DNA of 64,000 nucleotides from an uncultured virus (IMG/VR IMGVR_UViG_3300037247_000525). Its lineage: Duplodnaviria; Heunggongvirae; Uroviricota; Caudoviricetes. Under the pieces are notes generated by a model. The model did no database searches, was not told where the DNA came from, and was given only the letters and a program-made list of their open reading frames with translations. Below, piece by piece: positions 27,743-38,800 of this stretch; positions within the stretch are counted from its first letter, which is position 1, and every line of letters begins with the position of its first letter. The stretch lies in IMG/VR virus record IMGVR_UViG_3300037247_000525; one strand, given 5' to 3'. Position numbers and translations under genes: made by a program.

Positions 27743-28720
27743 TCATGAGTTCAGCTCTCGGTGCTTGTTGTTGTAGTCGATGCACACGTCCAGGCAGTTC
27801 TGGCGGCAGATCGGGTCGGCGTGGCAGTCGTGCGACTCGAACCACTTCTCGCGGTCCGCCCGCATGCCCTCGCCCACGGTGCCGATCGGGTCGCCCTGCT
27901 CGCGCATGTAGATGACGCAGGGGAAGTGGAAGCTGCCGGCGATCACGCTGTCGTCCAGGACCAGCGCACAGCGATGGTTGTCATCGTCGCGGATGCCGCG
28001 CACGTTGCGCCCCTCGGCGAAGTGGCGGATGCGGTAGTCCAGGATCGGGCAGGCGGCACGGATTTCCGGGGCCACCTCGTTCAGGCGCGGGATCGCACCA
28101 TTGTACTGCGCGGCGCTGATCACGCGGATGTCGCTCACTCCCAGGTCGTACGCCAGCTGGATCGTGTCCAGCGTGCGGTCGATGTTGTCCGGGGTCAGGA
28201 CGATTCCCACCGTGACGTACGTCATGGCGGCCAGCTCACGGATGTTGCTGACCACGACCTGCCAGGAGTCCTTCACTCCGCCGGCCATCTTGTCGCCGTC
28301 TTCGGCGCAGCATGCGTCCAGGCTGACGCTGAAGTCGTTCACGCCCAGGGCTACCAGCTCGCGGTACAGCTCGACCTTGTTCGAGCCGTTCGTGGAGATG
28401 GCGATGTTCGTGATGCCCTTCGCCTTCGCGTAGGCCACGATTTCGCGGATGTCCTTGTGCAGCGTCGGCTCGCCGCCAGAGAAGCGGATGCTTTCGAGCG
28501 GGCACCACAGGTCGATGTAGTGCTTGACTTCGTCCAGGCCCAGCTGCTTCAGCCGACGGTCGCCGTAGATTTCGTCGTCCAGCCCGCGGCAGTACGGGCA
28601 GCGGAAGTTGCAGTACACGGTGATGATCATCTCGCACCGCTGCATCTTCGACGTGGCGCTGGCCTCCTGGGCGCGCCGGTCGGACAGCGTGTAGAATCCG
28701 ATCTTCTCCAAGGCGGTCAT
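27743..28720 (-). CDS. radical SAM enzyme with Cys-rich (SPASM/twitch-like) C-terminus
   Basis: CNFRCPYC, FSGGEP, STNG, VSLD; C-terminal C..PC..CRQNCLDVC. Confidence 0.88.
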   Translation of the reverse strand: MTALEKIGFYTLSDRRAQEASATSKMQRCEMIITVYCNFRCPYCRGLDDEIYGDRRLKQLGLDEVKHYIDLWCPLESIRFSGGEPTLHKDIREIVAYAKAKGITNIAISTNGSNKVELYRELVALGVNDFSVSLDACCAEDGDKMAGGVKDSWQVVVSNIRELAAMTYVTVGIVLTPDNIDRTLDTIQLAYDLGVSDIRVISAAQYNGAIPRLNEVAPEIRAACPILDYRIRHFAEGRNVRGIRDDDNHRCALVLDDSVIAGSFHFPCVIYMREQGDPIGTVGEGMRADREKWFESHDCHADPICRQNCLDVCIDYNNKHRELNS

Positions 28721-28721
28721 G

Positions 28722-29252
28722 TCACTTTTTCTTCTTGGCGTCGATGCTGGCGACGCGCGTCTGGTAACCGCGTAACAGCTTCATGGGGACGTCGATGCCT
28801 TCCTTCAGCATCTGTTTGATGGCGGCAGTGAGGCTGCTGTGGTGCACCTCGACGCTCTTGATCGCGGCGAGCCCTTCGCCGGACAGCTGTTCGACCAGCT
28901 CGTCGGCGTCGCCCTCGCTACCTGCGGAGAACGGCACGCCTACGATGGTCTTGATCAGGCCAGCTTGGTTGTTCGCGCGCAACCAATCCAGCGCGGCGGG
29001 ATGTGCGTGCGTCAGCTTCTTCGCCGACAGCTTGTCTACCACCTCGACCTTCAGGCCGGACTTCGTCACGATGACGTCCATCCCCAGCGTTTCCATGGCG
29101 TCGGGGATGACGAACTCGGACAGGTTCTTCACCTTGTCCTGCGCCACCTTCTTCTCGGCCTCTAGGCGGTTCACTTCGGCCTCGGCGTCGAACAAGTCTT
29201 CGGCGAGTTGGGAGAGGAGGGCTAGGCCGTCCATGTTTGGCTTGTCAGTCAT
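28722..29252 (-). CDS. conserved phage replication-module protein
   Basis: coiled-coil N-terminus, IPDAM, WLRANN..GLIK, VHHSSL. Confidence 0.65.
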   Translation of the reverse strand: MTDKPNMDGLALLSQLAEDLFDAEAEVNRLEAEKKVAQDKVKNLSEFVIPDAMETLGMDVIVTKSGLKVEVVDKLSAKKLTHAHPAALDWLRANNQAGLIKTIVGVPFSAGSEGDADELVEQLSGEGLAAIKSVEVHHSSLTAAIKQMLKEGIDVPMKLLRGYQTRVASIDAKKKK

Positions 29253-29449
29253 TTGTCGTTTCTTTGGTGGCTATCTCCACCGTGTAGGTCGCGTCGCAGC
29301 CGTCACACTCCACGCCGGTGAGGGTCACCGCCAGCACTGGCATGGGTACCTCACCATGGGCTTCCACCGTCCCGCCACATTCGCAGGAGAAGGAGCAATC
29401 GTACAACGTACTTACCTCACCAATCGTCATGCCTCAGTATACCCCATGA

Positions 29450-30937
29450 TCAAATCCATTGCCGAATTCTATCTCCGGTTACCTGCGCGGCGAGGTCCAC
29501 CTTGGTCCGCAGCGCCCGTAGGATGGCGGCGTCGATGGTGCCCCGGGCGATGATGTCGATGTACTGCACGGGCCGATCGTCCATGCCGGCGCGGTGCGCG
29601 CGGTCTTCAGATTGGAGCCGGTCCCCCAGCTTGTACGTGCTGTTGTAGTAGACCACCGTCTTCGCCATGTGCAGCGTCAAGCCCTCGCCGGCGGCGGCCG
29701 GATTGGCCACGAAATACTGGACTTCGCCGGCCTTGAACGCGGCGCGGCGCACCTCGCGGTCGACCTGCGATACGCGGCCGTCGTAGACAACGCAGTTGTC
29801 GTGCCCGATCGCTTCGCTGATCTGGTCAATGTCGTCCTGGAACTTAGCCCACACGATCGCTTGGTGTGGCACGTCTTCCAGCAAGTCCATCAGGCACGTC
29901 AGCCGCGCGTTCGGCGTGATGCGCAGTACGCCGCCGTCGTCCGTCGGGCAGTAGCCGCTGGTCACCTGTTGCAGGCGCAGCATGCGCGTGATCGCCAGCG
30001 GCGCCGTGATCATGTCGCCGTTGTCCAGCCAGATGATGAACTCGCGCTTCAGCTCGCCGTAGATCCGCTTCTGCTCCGGCGTCATGTCGAACGTGCGCTT
30101 GTCGTAGAGCTTCGGTGGCAGGTCCAGCACGTCGTCCTTCAGCAGGCGTTCCCCCATGCGGTCCACGACCTTGTTCAGGATCGCGAGGTTTTGATAGTCC
30201 ACCAGCTGCTGGAACCGCTGGCTGCTGTCCTTTCGCTCGTGCTCGATCCACACGCCGAACATTGCCTTGAACGCGGCGAATGTTCCACAGCCCATCCGCT
30301 TCCACACGTCTGGATCCAGGAACTTCAGCTGCGTGTACACGTCGAAGGGGGAATTCGGTACGGGCGTGCCGGTCATGATGCGGCGGAAGGGGGCATACTT
30401 ACCGGCGGACATCACGCGCTTTGTGCGCTTCGTATTCGGGCCCTTGATGCGCGCCGACTCATCCAGCACGAACATGCACCGCCGACCGACCAGCAGCTTC
30501 TTCGCCGCTTCCTTGCCCTTCAGCAGGCCGCGCGCCGTATTCTTTTTCCGCTCCGTCATGATCGCGTCGTAGCTCATGACGAGGATGGCCAGCTTGTCGG
30601 GCGGCGTCGCCAGGAACTCGGCCAACTTCTCCTGGTAGCCCTTGCCGTTTGCCTTGTCCGTGTTCCACAGGAACACGCGGTACCGGTCGGGCTCGACGCC
30701 GAAGTGGTCGGGGATCTCGTCGTTCGTCCAATTGGGCGCGACGGCCTTGGGCGCCACGACCAGCGCACCGTTGATCTCGCCCGACTCGAACAGGTGGCCG
30801 ATGGTGTCGATGACGGGCTTGGTCTTCGCTACGCCCATCTCCCAGAACAGCGCGTACGATGCCAAGTCCATCGTGTTGTGCAGCAGCGCCTTCTGGTGCT
30901 CGTAGGACTTCGTCTTCTGGACGTACGTCACCAGCAC
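29450..30937 (-). CDS. SNF2-family DEAD-like helicase
   Basis: EMGVAKT, LDES, MTGTP, GEGLTL, QSEDRAHR. Confidence 0.92.
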   Translation of the reverse strand: MLVTYVQKTKSYEHQKALLHNTMDLASYALFWEMGVAKTKPVIDTIGHLFESGEINGALVVAPKAVAPNWTNDEIPDHFGVEPDRYRVFLWNTDKANGKGYQEKLAEFLATPPDKLAILVMSYDAIMTERKKNTARGLLKGKEAAKKLLVGRRCMFVLDESARIKGPNTKRTKRVMSAGKYAPFRRIMTGTPVPNSPFDVYTQLKFLDPDVWKRMGCGTFAAFKAMFGVWIEHERKDSSQRFQQLVDYQNLAILNKVVDRMGERLLKDDVLDLPPKLYDKRTFDMTPEQKRIYGELKREFIIWLDNGDMITAPLAITRMLRLQQVTSGYCPTDDGGVLRITPNARLTCLMDLLEDVPHQAIVWAKFQDDIDQISEAIGHDNCVVYDGRVSQVDREVRRAAFKAGEVQYFVANPAAAGEGLTLHMAKTVVYYNSTYKLGDRLQSEDRAHRAGMDDRPVQYIDIIARGTIDAAILRALRTKVDLAAQVTGDRIRQWI

Positions 30938-31177
30938 TTCCGTCCCATCACGTAGCCGCGAACCAGCGCCAGCAGCTCTTCAAAGTTGTCGTCGCCTTCG
31001 CCGCGAAACGGCGTTGCGTTCTCCAGGTCCACGTCTACATGGATGGAGAGAGCACCGCTCTCGCTACCTCCCACCTGCCAGCCAAAGCCGTCAAGTAAGA
31101 GGCCGACCAACTCTGGCTTGCCGTCGGGAAGGGGGAAATCGAAATCGAGTCGCATCTTCATGGGGGTCTACATGAGG

Positions 31178-31222
31178 AGAAAAGGTGCCGGCGGGGCCCC
31201 ATCACGAACCCCAGCCGGCGCC
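31178..31222 (-). terminator. intrinsic terminator between tail and replication modules
   Basis: GGCGCCGGCTGGGG...CCCCGCCGGCACC followed by TTTT. Confidence 0.65.
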
Positions 31223-31611
31223 GTCAACTACAAGCCAACGGCAGGAGAGCAATCAAACCAACGCGGAAGTATACCACGCGCGGCGGTCGCGTGCTGGATC
31301 CCTTCCTAAATTCCGTCAACGTCTCGTGCAAGACGGTGTTACGGTGATGAAACAGTGTACGTCCAGGCGGTGAATGAGGCTCACCAACACGGTCTATCAC
31401 CATGTACACTATCTAACACCATCTTGTTGTAGAAGTACAGAGAAGAACAGAAACGGTGTACGTCGCGCCTGTTTTGGGGCAATCGCTCGGAAGATGGTGC
31501 AAACGGTGTTATGGTGTTAGGATCACGGACCGCTCGATGGCATGGGCTTTGTAGGCGGGCAAATCCTGTCCGGTTTCAAAATGAAACCGTGTACTGGGCG
31601 GCAAGATGGTG

Positions 31612-31950
31612 TTAGCCACCCACGCCCGGCAGGAAGTCCGAGAGGGCCTTCAGTGCCAACAGGATCACCGGGACCATCAGGCCCCAGAAGAACCGTTTCT
31701 GGCGATCGTGGGCCTGCTCAAGACGATCCAGGCGGACGTTGTGTCCCTTGTACCCGTTGCCGTCGCCGTACAGGATCCGCTCGACCTTGTGGCGCCAGTC
31801 GTCGCCTTCCTTGATCTGCTCATCCATTTTGATGGAGAGCGCTCGCAGCAGCGTCAGGACTTCCGCCTGAGCAACTTCGATCTTCCGCATCCACTGGTCG
31901 TTCATTCGTTCATTGGGCATGACGTTTACAGCATACGCCCAAGGGATCAC
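31612..31950 (-). CDS. small coiled-coil protein with C-terminal TM helix (possible lysis accessory/holin-like)
   Basis: FFWGLMVPVILLAL TM; follows tail tip gene. Confidence 0.5.
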   Translation of the reverse strand: MIPWAYAVNVMPNERMNDQWMRKIEVAQAEVLTLLRALSIKMDEQIKEGDDWRHKVERILYGDGNGYKGHNVRLDRLEQAHDRQKRFFWGLMVPVILLALKALSDFLPGVGG

Positions 31951-34900
31951 GCACTCAAGGTCCCGTAGGCGACGCGGGTGGCGCTGGGGTTCTCAACCTC
32001 GATGAACTGCGGGTCCGGGCCCTCGCTGACGGTGTGGCGCAGCTCGATGGTGTCGCTGCTGGACAGGGAGCCGGTGACGCCACTGGTGCCGCCGGCGGTG
32101 ATGATCGTGGACCACCCGCCGCCGTTGATCTGGACTTCTACGTCGCTCGTGGAGTAGGCAGCGCCGATTCGCACGGTGAACACTCCGCCAACGACCGTGG
32201 CATAGCTGTTCGTTGCGGTAGATGGCCCCAGGTTCCCGCCCAGGTAGAACAGCCCGGAGTTGACCGTGTCGGGCACCACGTCGTGGATCAGGGCGTACCG
32301 GCTGGTCAGGTCCACTTCGCTGCCAATGTCGTGCCGGGCTTGAATCTGCACGCGAACCTCGGTGCCGGCCGTGGCTACCTCCAGTATCTCCAGGCGGGGG
32401 ATCACGGCCAAGCTCGCGGCCGTCTGCCATGCGAACGGGCTGCTGGCGATCTCGGTGTTGCCGCCGTCCGGGTCCACGAACACCCGCACCTGATACTCGG
32501 TGCTGGCGTCCACGCCGGAGTCGTCGGACTGCATGGCGGCCACCTCGTCGGTAGTGTCGTAGCGGCGCCGGAACCAATCCACGTCGAACCCGAAGGTGTT
32601 CTCGCCCGCCCCGCCGTCGCCTTCCAGGTCGGGCGTGCCGAAGTCAGTGGCCGTGCCGTTGAACTGCATCGCCGCCGGCGGGTAGGGCCGGATCACGCGC
32701 TTGTCCATCGTCAGCCCAATCGTCGTCACCGCGCCGGCGTAGGTGGCCGCCGAGGAGCGCATGCGCAGCTCGACGTCCACGTTGTCGGTGTTCACGAAGT
32801 TAGTGTCGGTGATGCCCGCGCCCACGTGGACCAGGAACACGTCGGTGTCGGCCGCGTGGTTGAACTGGACCGAGCACAGCACGCCGCGGAAAACACCGTC
32901 CAGGCTCACGTCGGCGCCGCTGATGGACGCGGCCCGCACCAGCATGAATTCGTTGCCGACCACGATCAGCTGCACCAGCTGCTGGCCCAGGTCCGTGTCG
33001 CTCGCCGCGTCGTCGAAGGCGGCCTCCAGCGCCGTCTGACCATCGGGCGTCGCGTTGATCAGGATGCTGCTGACCGGGTTCGCTTGGCTGGCGTCCAGGG
33101 CGCTGTCCAGCTGGCCGATCTTCACGAACTGGTACACCTCGCCGGCCTCGGCATAGGTGCCAGCCGGGGCGCCAGCGGCGTGCCGCTCCATGATCTTGAA
33201 CGTGACTTCGCCGCCTTGGATCCGCGCCGCGGCCAGTACCTTCGTGGCCGCGTCGTCGCCGGCGAACTCAGGGTCGCGCACCAGGATCGCCCGGGGACAC
33301 TCCATCGCCAGCTGCTCCGTCGAGGGGAACGCGACGAGGCTGGTGGTCGGCGGAACCCAGCCGGTGGGCGGCGGGGTGCCCATCGACGCGGCGGCGAACT
33401 CGAACACGTCCTGCACGACGGTCAAGGTCATGCGGTTGGATTGCAGGCGGCCATAGTCGATCCTCGTCACGCGCATGGGCAGCTTTACGAAGCCCAACCG
33501 CGTGTTCGTCCACGCGACTACGTCTCCGATCGACACGTCCCACATCTGTCGGTTGACGACCAGCACGCACCGCGCCAGCGGGTAGCTCTGCCCACGCAAC
33601 TCGCGCCACGCGATGTTCGCCGCGAGCGCGCTGTTCTTCACGCCCGGGAATGACAAATCGCCGGTGAGCGACGTGGCGCCCTGGATCGTGCCGTCGCCCT
33701 GGATCATGGCGTTTGCCATGTCCTGCGCCATCGCGAACGAGAGCTTGTAATCGTCGTCGCGCTTGTCGTACTTCACGAAGATGGTGTTGGTGGTGTCTTC
33801 CCACGAGCCGCGCGCATAGTCGCGGACTTCCGCCACGTTGGCGTCGGTCAGCTGCGGGACTAGGTCGATGTCGTAGTCGGCGCGCGCCAGCTTGATCGTC
33901 CACTTACCAGTCGTTTGCGACAGGAAGACCACGCCGTCTATCTGCCGCTGTAGCTCGGACAACAATTTCTTCGCCGGCATCTCTCGGTCCAGTAGCATGC
34001 TAAAGCCGTTCGACTCGGCAATCATGGTGTCGGCGGCGGCTAGGAAGTTGGGCAGGTCGATGTCGGAGTCTTCGAAGCCAAAGCCCCATTCGTCGTTCGT
34101 CAGGATCTCGTACACGACGTTCACGGGGTTGGCATCCACGCCACCGATCTTATCCTCGCCAGCGCCCTGGCCCGAGAAGATGCCGGTGTAGCGCTCCAGC
34201 TCAAACGACCACACCTTGATCTGCGTGCTGGTGCCGATCGACGCTCCGTTGTCCGCAACCTGCGGGGCAGCACTGGTGAACTGTCGGGCCACGACGTGGC
34301 AGGTGCCGGAGTATCGCGGGGCGGTTGGGGTGATCGCCGAACTAACCCGCTGCCGGTTGGCCGCATTCAGGTAGTCGTTCACGTCCTGCGTCGTGCTGCC
34401 CGTGTAGAAGTCGACCGTGGTCTGCACGCCACCAGAGCCAAGGTCCTCGCCGCCGAACAGCTCAGGCTTGTCGATGTCGAAGAACGTGTTGGTCGAAACC
34501 GTGCCGCTGAATACCTCGTCGTCGCCGATGAACACCTTCTTCAGCACCGTATTCGGTCCGCGGCACAATGCCATCTGGAGCCCCAGGTGGTAGCGGAATC
34601 CCTTCGTGATCTTCGCCGAACTCCATAGGCCAGTCTTTACCTTCTCGGTAATGGCTTCCTGCACGAGGTCACCATACCAGATGACGTTCGGGCCCTTTTG
34701 TAGGACGCGGCCCCAGATCAGCGGGACCTTTCGACCCTCGGTGGTCGTCGGCACCTGGAAGTCGCCGAGCCCAGACGGGCGCGCGTGTTCAACCTCGGGC
34801 TTCGGGCGGGTCAGCTCCATCAGTACGACGGTGACGACGAACAGCAGCAGGGTCACGAAGAATGCCTGCTGAGGCGCGGCGGGATCCACCGGCGCCATCA

Positions 34901-35015
34901 GTTGAGCGGCGATTGTCCAGGCGCTGGCGGCGCCGACGATCCACTGCAACGGGCGCGGCAGCTTGCGGATCCATGGGGCGAAGTCGGGAAAGTCGATTGG
35001 TGGGCGGCGGTTCAT
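31947..35015 (-). CDS. tail tip / host specificity protein (GTA gp15/J-like)
   Basis: EGRKVPLIWG..KGPNVIWYGD, ANPVNVVYEILT, IKLARADY; follows DUF2163 gene. Confidence 0.8.
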   Translation of the reverse strand: MNRRPPIDFPDFAPWIRKLPRPLQWIVGAASAWTIAAQLMAPVDPAAPQQAFFVTLLLFVVTVVLMELTRPKPEVEHARPSGLGDFQVPTTTEGRKVPLIWGRVLQKGPNVIWYGDLVQEAITEKVKTGLWSSAKITKGFRYHLGLQMALCRGPNTVLKKVFIGDDEVFSGTVSTNTFFDIDKPELFGGEDLGSGGVQTTVDFYTGSTTQDVNDYLNAANRQRVSSAITPTAPRYSGTCHVVARQFTSAAPQVADNGASIGTSTQIKVWSFELERYTGIFSGQGAGEDKIGGVDANPVNVVYEILTNDEWGFGFEDSDIDLPNFLAAADTMIAESNGFSMLLDREMPAKKLLSELQRQIDGVVFLSQTTGKWTIKLARADYDIDLVPQLTDANVAEVRDYARGSWEDTTNTIFVKYDKRDDDYKLSFAMAQDMANAMIQGDGTIQGATSLTGDLSFPGVKNSALAANIAWRELRGQSYPLARCVLVVNRQMWDVSIGDVVAWTNTRLGFVKLPMRVTRIDYGRLQSNRMTLTVVQDVFEFAAASMGTPPPTGWVPPTTSLVAFPSTEQLAMECPRAILVRDPEFAGDDAATKVLAAARIQGGEVTFKIMERHAAGAPAGTYAEAGEVYQFVKIGQLDSALDASQANPVSSILINATPDGQTALEAAFDDAASDTDLGQQLVQLIVVGNEFMLVRAASISGADVSLDGVFRGVLCSVQFNHAADTDVFLVHVGAGITDTNFVNTDNVDVELRMRSSAATYAGAVTTIGLTMDKRVIRPYPPAAMQFNGTATDFGTPDLEGDGGAGENTFGFDVDWFRRRYDTTDEVAAMQSDDSGVDASTEYQVRVFVDPDGGNTEIASSPFAWQTAASLAVIPRLEILEVATAGTEVRVQIQARHDIGSEVDLTSRYALIHDVVPDTVNSGLFYLGGNLGPSTATNSYATVVGGVFTVRIGAAYSTSDVEVQINGGGWSTIITAGGTSGVTGSLSSSDTIELRHTVSEGPDPQFIEVENPSATRVAYGTLSA

Positions 35016-35016
35016 G

Positions 35017-35835
35017 TCAGACTCCCTGGGCGAAGAGGTCCTTGCTGGGCACGAAGGCGAACCCGCCGAAGTCAGCGACGCGGTCGAAGACCAGTGCGCA
35101 GTCGCCCTCGACCAAGTGGTCGCATCCTGCGAATACCTGCACGTTCCCGCCAGTCGGATCTACCTGGAACGGGAGCAGCAGCGTCAGCACGTCGCCGGAC
35201 TGTGCGAGGATCATGCGGAAGTCGTTCGTGCCGGTTGGGCGAAGGTACCCGCCAACGAAGTCGAGGCCGCTGGCGCCGGCACCGGAGACCGTGATGGTGT
35301 TGCCGGAGATGCTGCTGGCGGTGCCCAGGTGGTCAAAGTCGGTGGCGGCTGCCCCGCAGGCGTCGTCGTACAGGATGTGCTGGCACATGTTGGCGAAGCT
35401 GAACCGCGGCAGGTTGCGGTTCAATGCAGACTCGATCGACCGAATGGCGAACTCGGCGCTGTGCCCATCGTTTGGATAGGCGACGGCCTGCACGCGGCCC
35501 TTGAATAGCAGCACCTGCGTATCGAAGGCTGGCACTTCGTCACGCTGGTAGCGGAAGATGTTCAGCCCAACTTTCTGGCCCGGCGGTATGTCGATGTACT
35601 CCTGCGCCAAGGCCGTTGAGGTCGGCATCGTCACCTTGAGGTTGCGGGTGCCTTGGTCGCTGCCCTGCACGATCTTGCCGCGCGCGATGGCCAGGGGCGT
35701 GTAAACATCAGCGCCGATAGTGATCTCGTCCTCAGCCGACGTGTAGCGGGTAAACGTGGAGCCCAGCGAGAACTCGTACAGCTCAATGGGGCGCGAGCCC
35801 TCTACGCTGCTTTCCAGTTGATCGTAAGTTGCCAT
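35017..35835 (-). CDS. baseplate hub / minor tail protein (DUF2163/BR0599-like)
   Basis: PIELYEF, CQHILYDDACG, AGCDH...C...FGGF. Confidence 0.85.
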   Translation of the reverse strand: MATYDQLESSVEGSRPIELYEFSLGSTFTRYTSAEDEITIGADVYTPLAIARGKIVQGSDQGTRNLKVTMPTSTALAQEYIDIPPGQKVGLNIFRYQRDEVPAFDTQVLLFKGRVQAVAYPNDGHSAEFAIRSIESALNRNLPRFSFANMCQHILYDDACGAAATDFDHLGTASSISGNTITVSGAGASGLDFVGGYLRPTGTNDFRMILAQSGDVLTLLLPFQVDPTGGNVQVFAGCDHLVEGDCALVFDRVADFGGFAFVPSKDLFAQGV

Positions 35836-35839
35836 GGGA

Positions 35840-38800
35840 TTAGTTGTCGTCGAAGACTTGGAACACCGGCATTTGGCACGTGGCCAAACCGATGCGCGGG
35901 TATTGGATCCGGACGTTGTCCCCGTCGAATCGCGTCAGCTCGTAGAACTGCACGCGCACGACTTCGTCCGCGGTCCGCGTCGAGGGCCACGTCGTGTCCA
36001 ACGTTAGCCGCTCCGTCGTGGAGTCTACACCCGCGGCCGACTGTACCTCGCGGACTAGGCTGGTGCCGTCCGTGAACGTGATCTTGAACGTGATCTTGGG
36101 TTCGCGCGATTGGATGAACCGCTCGTACTCGATCCGTTCGACGTCCATCGTGTCGGAGCCGACGCCCAGGGTTGCCTTCACCTCTAGGTCATCGTTGAAG
36201 GTCGGGAGGTAGAATGCAATCCATCGGCCACCGATCGAGATCATGGCCCTGCGGAAGTTCAGGATCTCACTGCGGTTCCGCAGTACGAAGCCCTTCTGAG
36301 AACTGCGCTTGCCGCGGTCCCAGCTGCTGCTGATGCTTACCACGCCGGTTTTGTTGTCGATGCGGTAGATGCGCCGCTTGTACTGCTCGGCCATCTCGCC
36401 GGTCATCACGTTGCAGTCGTCGAACAGCACGCGGCCGTTGAAGGTCGAATACGCAGCAGTGCTGCCGGACAGCGCGCCGGTGTCGTTGTCGGTCACCTCA
36501 AAGGTGATCTTGAACGTCTCCAGGTTCTTCTGCGCCATGGCTCCAGCCACCATTCGCAGGATGACGGCCGTGCGCAGCGGCATGAGCTTGGTACCCACCG
36601 GGTAGGCGTTCAGGCTGGGGTTGCCAGAAGTGATCGAAGTATCAGTCTTCGAGTCGATAGAGATCACGTCGAACGTGTTCGCGTCGGAGAGGATGACGGC
36701 CAGCCCGCCCACGCGTAGGTCCACGTCGTCGGCGCCAGTCACCTGATACACCGTGGTACCGATGGACGCGGCGGCGGTCGTCAGCAGCACCTCGTTCTGG
36801 ACGGGGAACCCGAAGAGGTTGGCGGTCCAGTCCATCAGGAGCGCCTGCATGCGCTGGCGGTCGTTGCCATCCAGCTTGTACATCACCTCGTACAGCTGTC
36901 GTGGCTGCTTCCGCAGGGCAATGCGCTGCTCGACGCCGGACAAGCCGGGGATGATCTCCGTCAGGAACGCTAGCGTCTCCTGCATCGGCGACTCATAATC
37001 CATGGGGATCAGGACGATGCGCTGGCCGGAGATGAACAGCTGCGGCTCTTCACCCGTATCGAAGATGAAGTCGATCGTAGTGTCGAACGCCGGCAAGCCC
37101 GCTTGAAGAGCAAGTATGTCGCGCAGCACTAGCGTGCCGAGTGTGAAGGCGTCGCCTGTGTTGTCCGTGCTAGTTGAATCCAGCATGGAGGACTGACGAG
37201 GCACTACCTCTGGTGGTGCCTCATCAGGCAAGTCGATCCCCGGCAGCGCATTGTTGACGATGCTGGACAGGGTCACGCTCGCATCGCGGTACGCGCTGTA
37301 CAGCTCGTACGTGTCCTGCTTCTGCGTGATGATGTTGCCGAACGCAATCTTGGTGCGCGGCAGTATATGAACCTTCTCCCACCAGTCGAACATGCCACCA
37401 ACGTGGTCAGAGAAGTCGCCGCTGTCGCCGGCCTCGGTCCCCGCAGGCCGAGCACCTAAGTCTGGACGTGGCGCACCCACGCGCGGGCCTGACACGTCGG
37501 GCAGGTTGATCAACTCGGCCTGGAACAGACCGCCGTCGCTGGGCGTCGTAACCGGGCGGCCATGGCCGCCTTCGTAGCCTAGGCCGGTCAGGTAAGTGCG
37601 GACGAAGTTAGTAGCCTGTCCATCGGCGAAGATGAACGCCGGGCCCTGGTCTGGGTCCACTACAATGACGTCTTCTTCGATTACCAGCCAGGTGTGCGCT
37701 CCATCTTCGTTGGCAGCGCTGAAATCCAGCGTAAAGCCATTAGTATCGAACGATGTGACAGTTGCCACGTCGCCAGTGGTGCCATCTTTCAGCGGTGTGT
37801 CGATAAGCGAAGCAACTGCTAGGCTTTGAGCATTGATTGTTGCTGCACCATTCTCGTCTGTGATGGTGTGCGAATATTCATTAGTTGCATCAGCAACGCC
37901 AACACCCATACTGCTAGCAGAATCGCCGGACTGTCGGCCACCGCCTGTTCCAACACTCATGCACGCTAGAAACTGCGGCTTGAATCCTGGAGCAGTGACA
38001 ACCTCACTGCCTGTGCCGGGAGCGACGATTTCACCCATCTCGGCGCTGTAGTTGCCGTTGAAACTCAACGCCAAGTAGTAACAAGTTGCGTCCCCCGAAT
38101 TGGTGCTAGTTAGACGAAAACCGTTGGTAATCTGCTGACAGCTACGACGTGCAAAGGTACTGCTCTGGAACATATTGAGCAGCACGTTACTGGTGTTTAG
38201 TTCTCGATAAGGATCACCAGATGAAGATCCATCAGTACAAACCTGAGTCATGCACCGGCTATGGTTGCTGCCACCGTCGTATGCGAACATCCCAAAGTTG
38301 AACGTTGATTGCGCGCTCGGCGTGTCAGTTATGACCCTGTCACCGGCGTGCGACGAGATGAAGAAGGCAACCTCTGTATCTGCACCTGGAGCAGTAACAT
38401 CGAGCGGTGTACTACCCGAAACAGAGGCAGTCCCTACATGGGCTGATAGATCAGTGCCGCCAAAGAGGACACAGGTTACAAGCCAGTCGTCCGAAAAAGC
38501 GTCGAGCCAGTCAACTCGCACTCCATTGGTGATCCACGAATCGAAAACGGCATAGCCATCATCGGACGAAAGGTTGGGAAACAGCAGCGCAATACAGGCA
38601 TTGTTTACCATCAAGCGCTCTGTATCCTCAGTAGTGAGGCCGTTCCTAACACGGTTCATGGTGCAGCGATCACGAGTGCCGTCGGTGAACCCAGTCGCCA
38701 TGCACCCGTGGTCTTCCGCCGTTCCACTGACGTCCGCTCGGGTAACGATGAACATCGCAGCCTTGGGCGTGCCGAACCCTGGGACCGTGAAGTCCTGCGT

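Noticed and set aside
27743..28720. Viperin-like assignment for the radical SAM
   Set aside because: Only generic rSAM motifs are visible and the C-terminus is Cys-rich (SPASM/twitch-like); cannot be assigned without a profile search.
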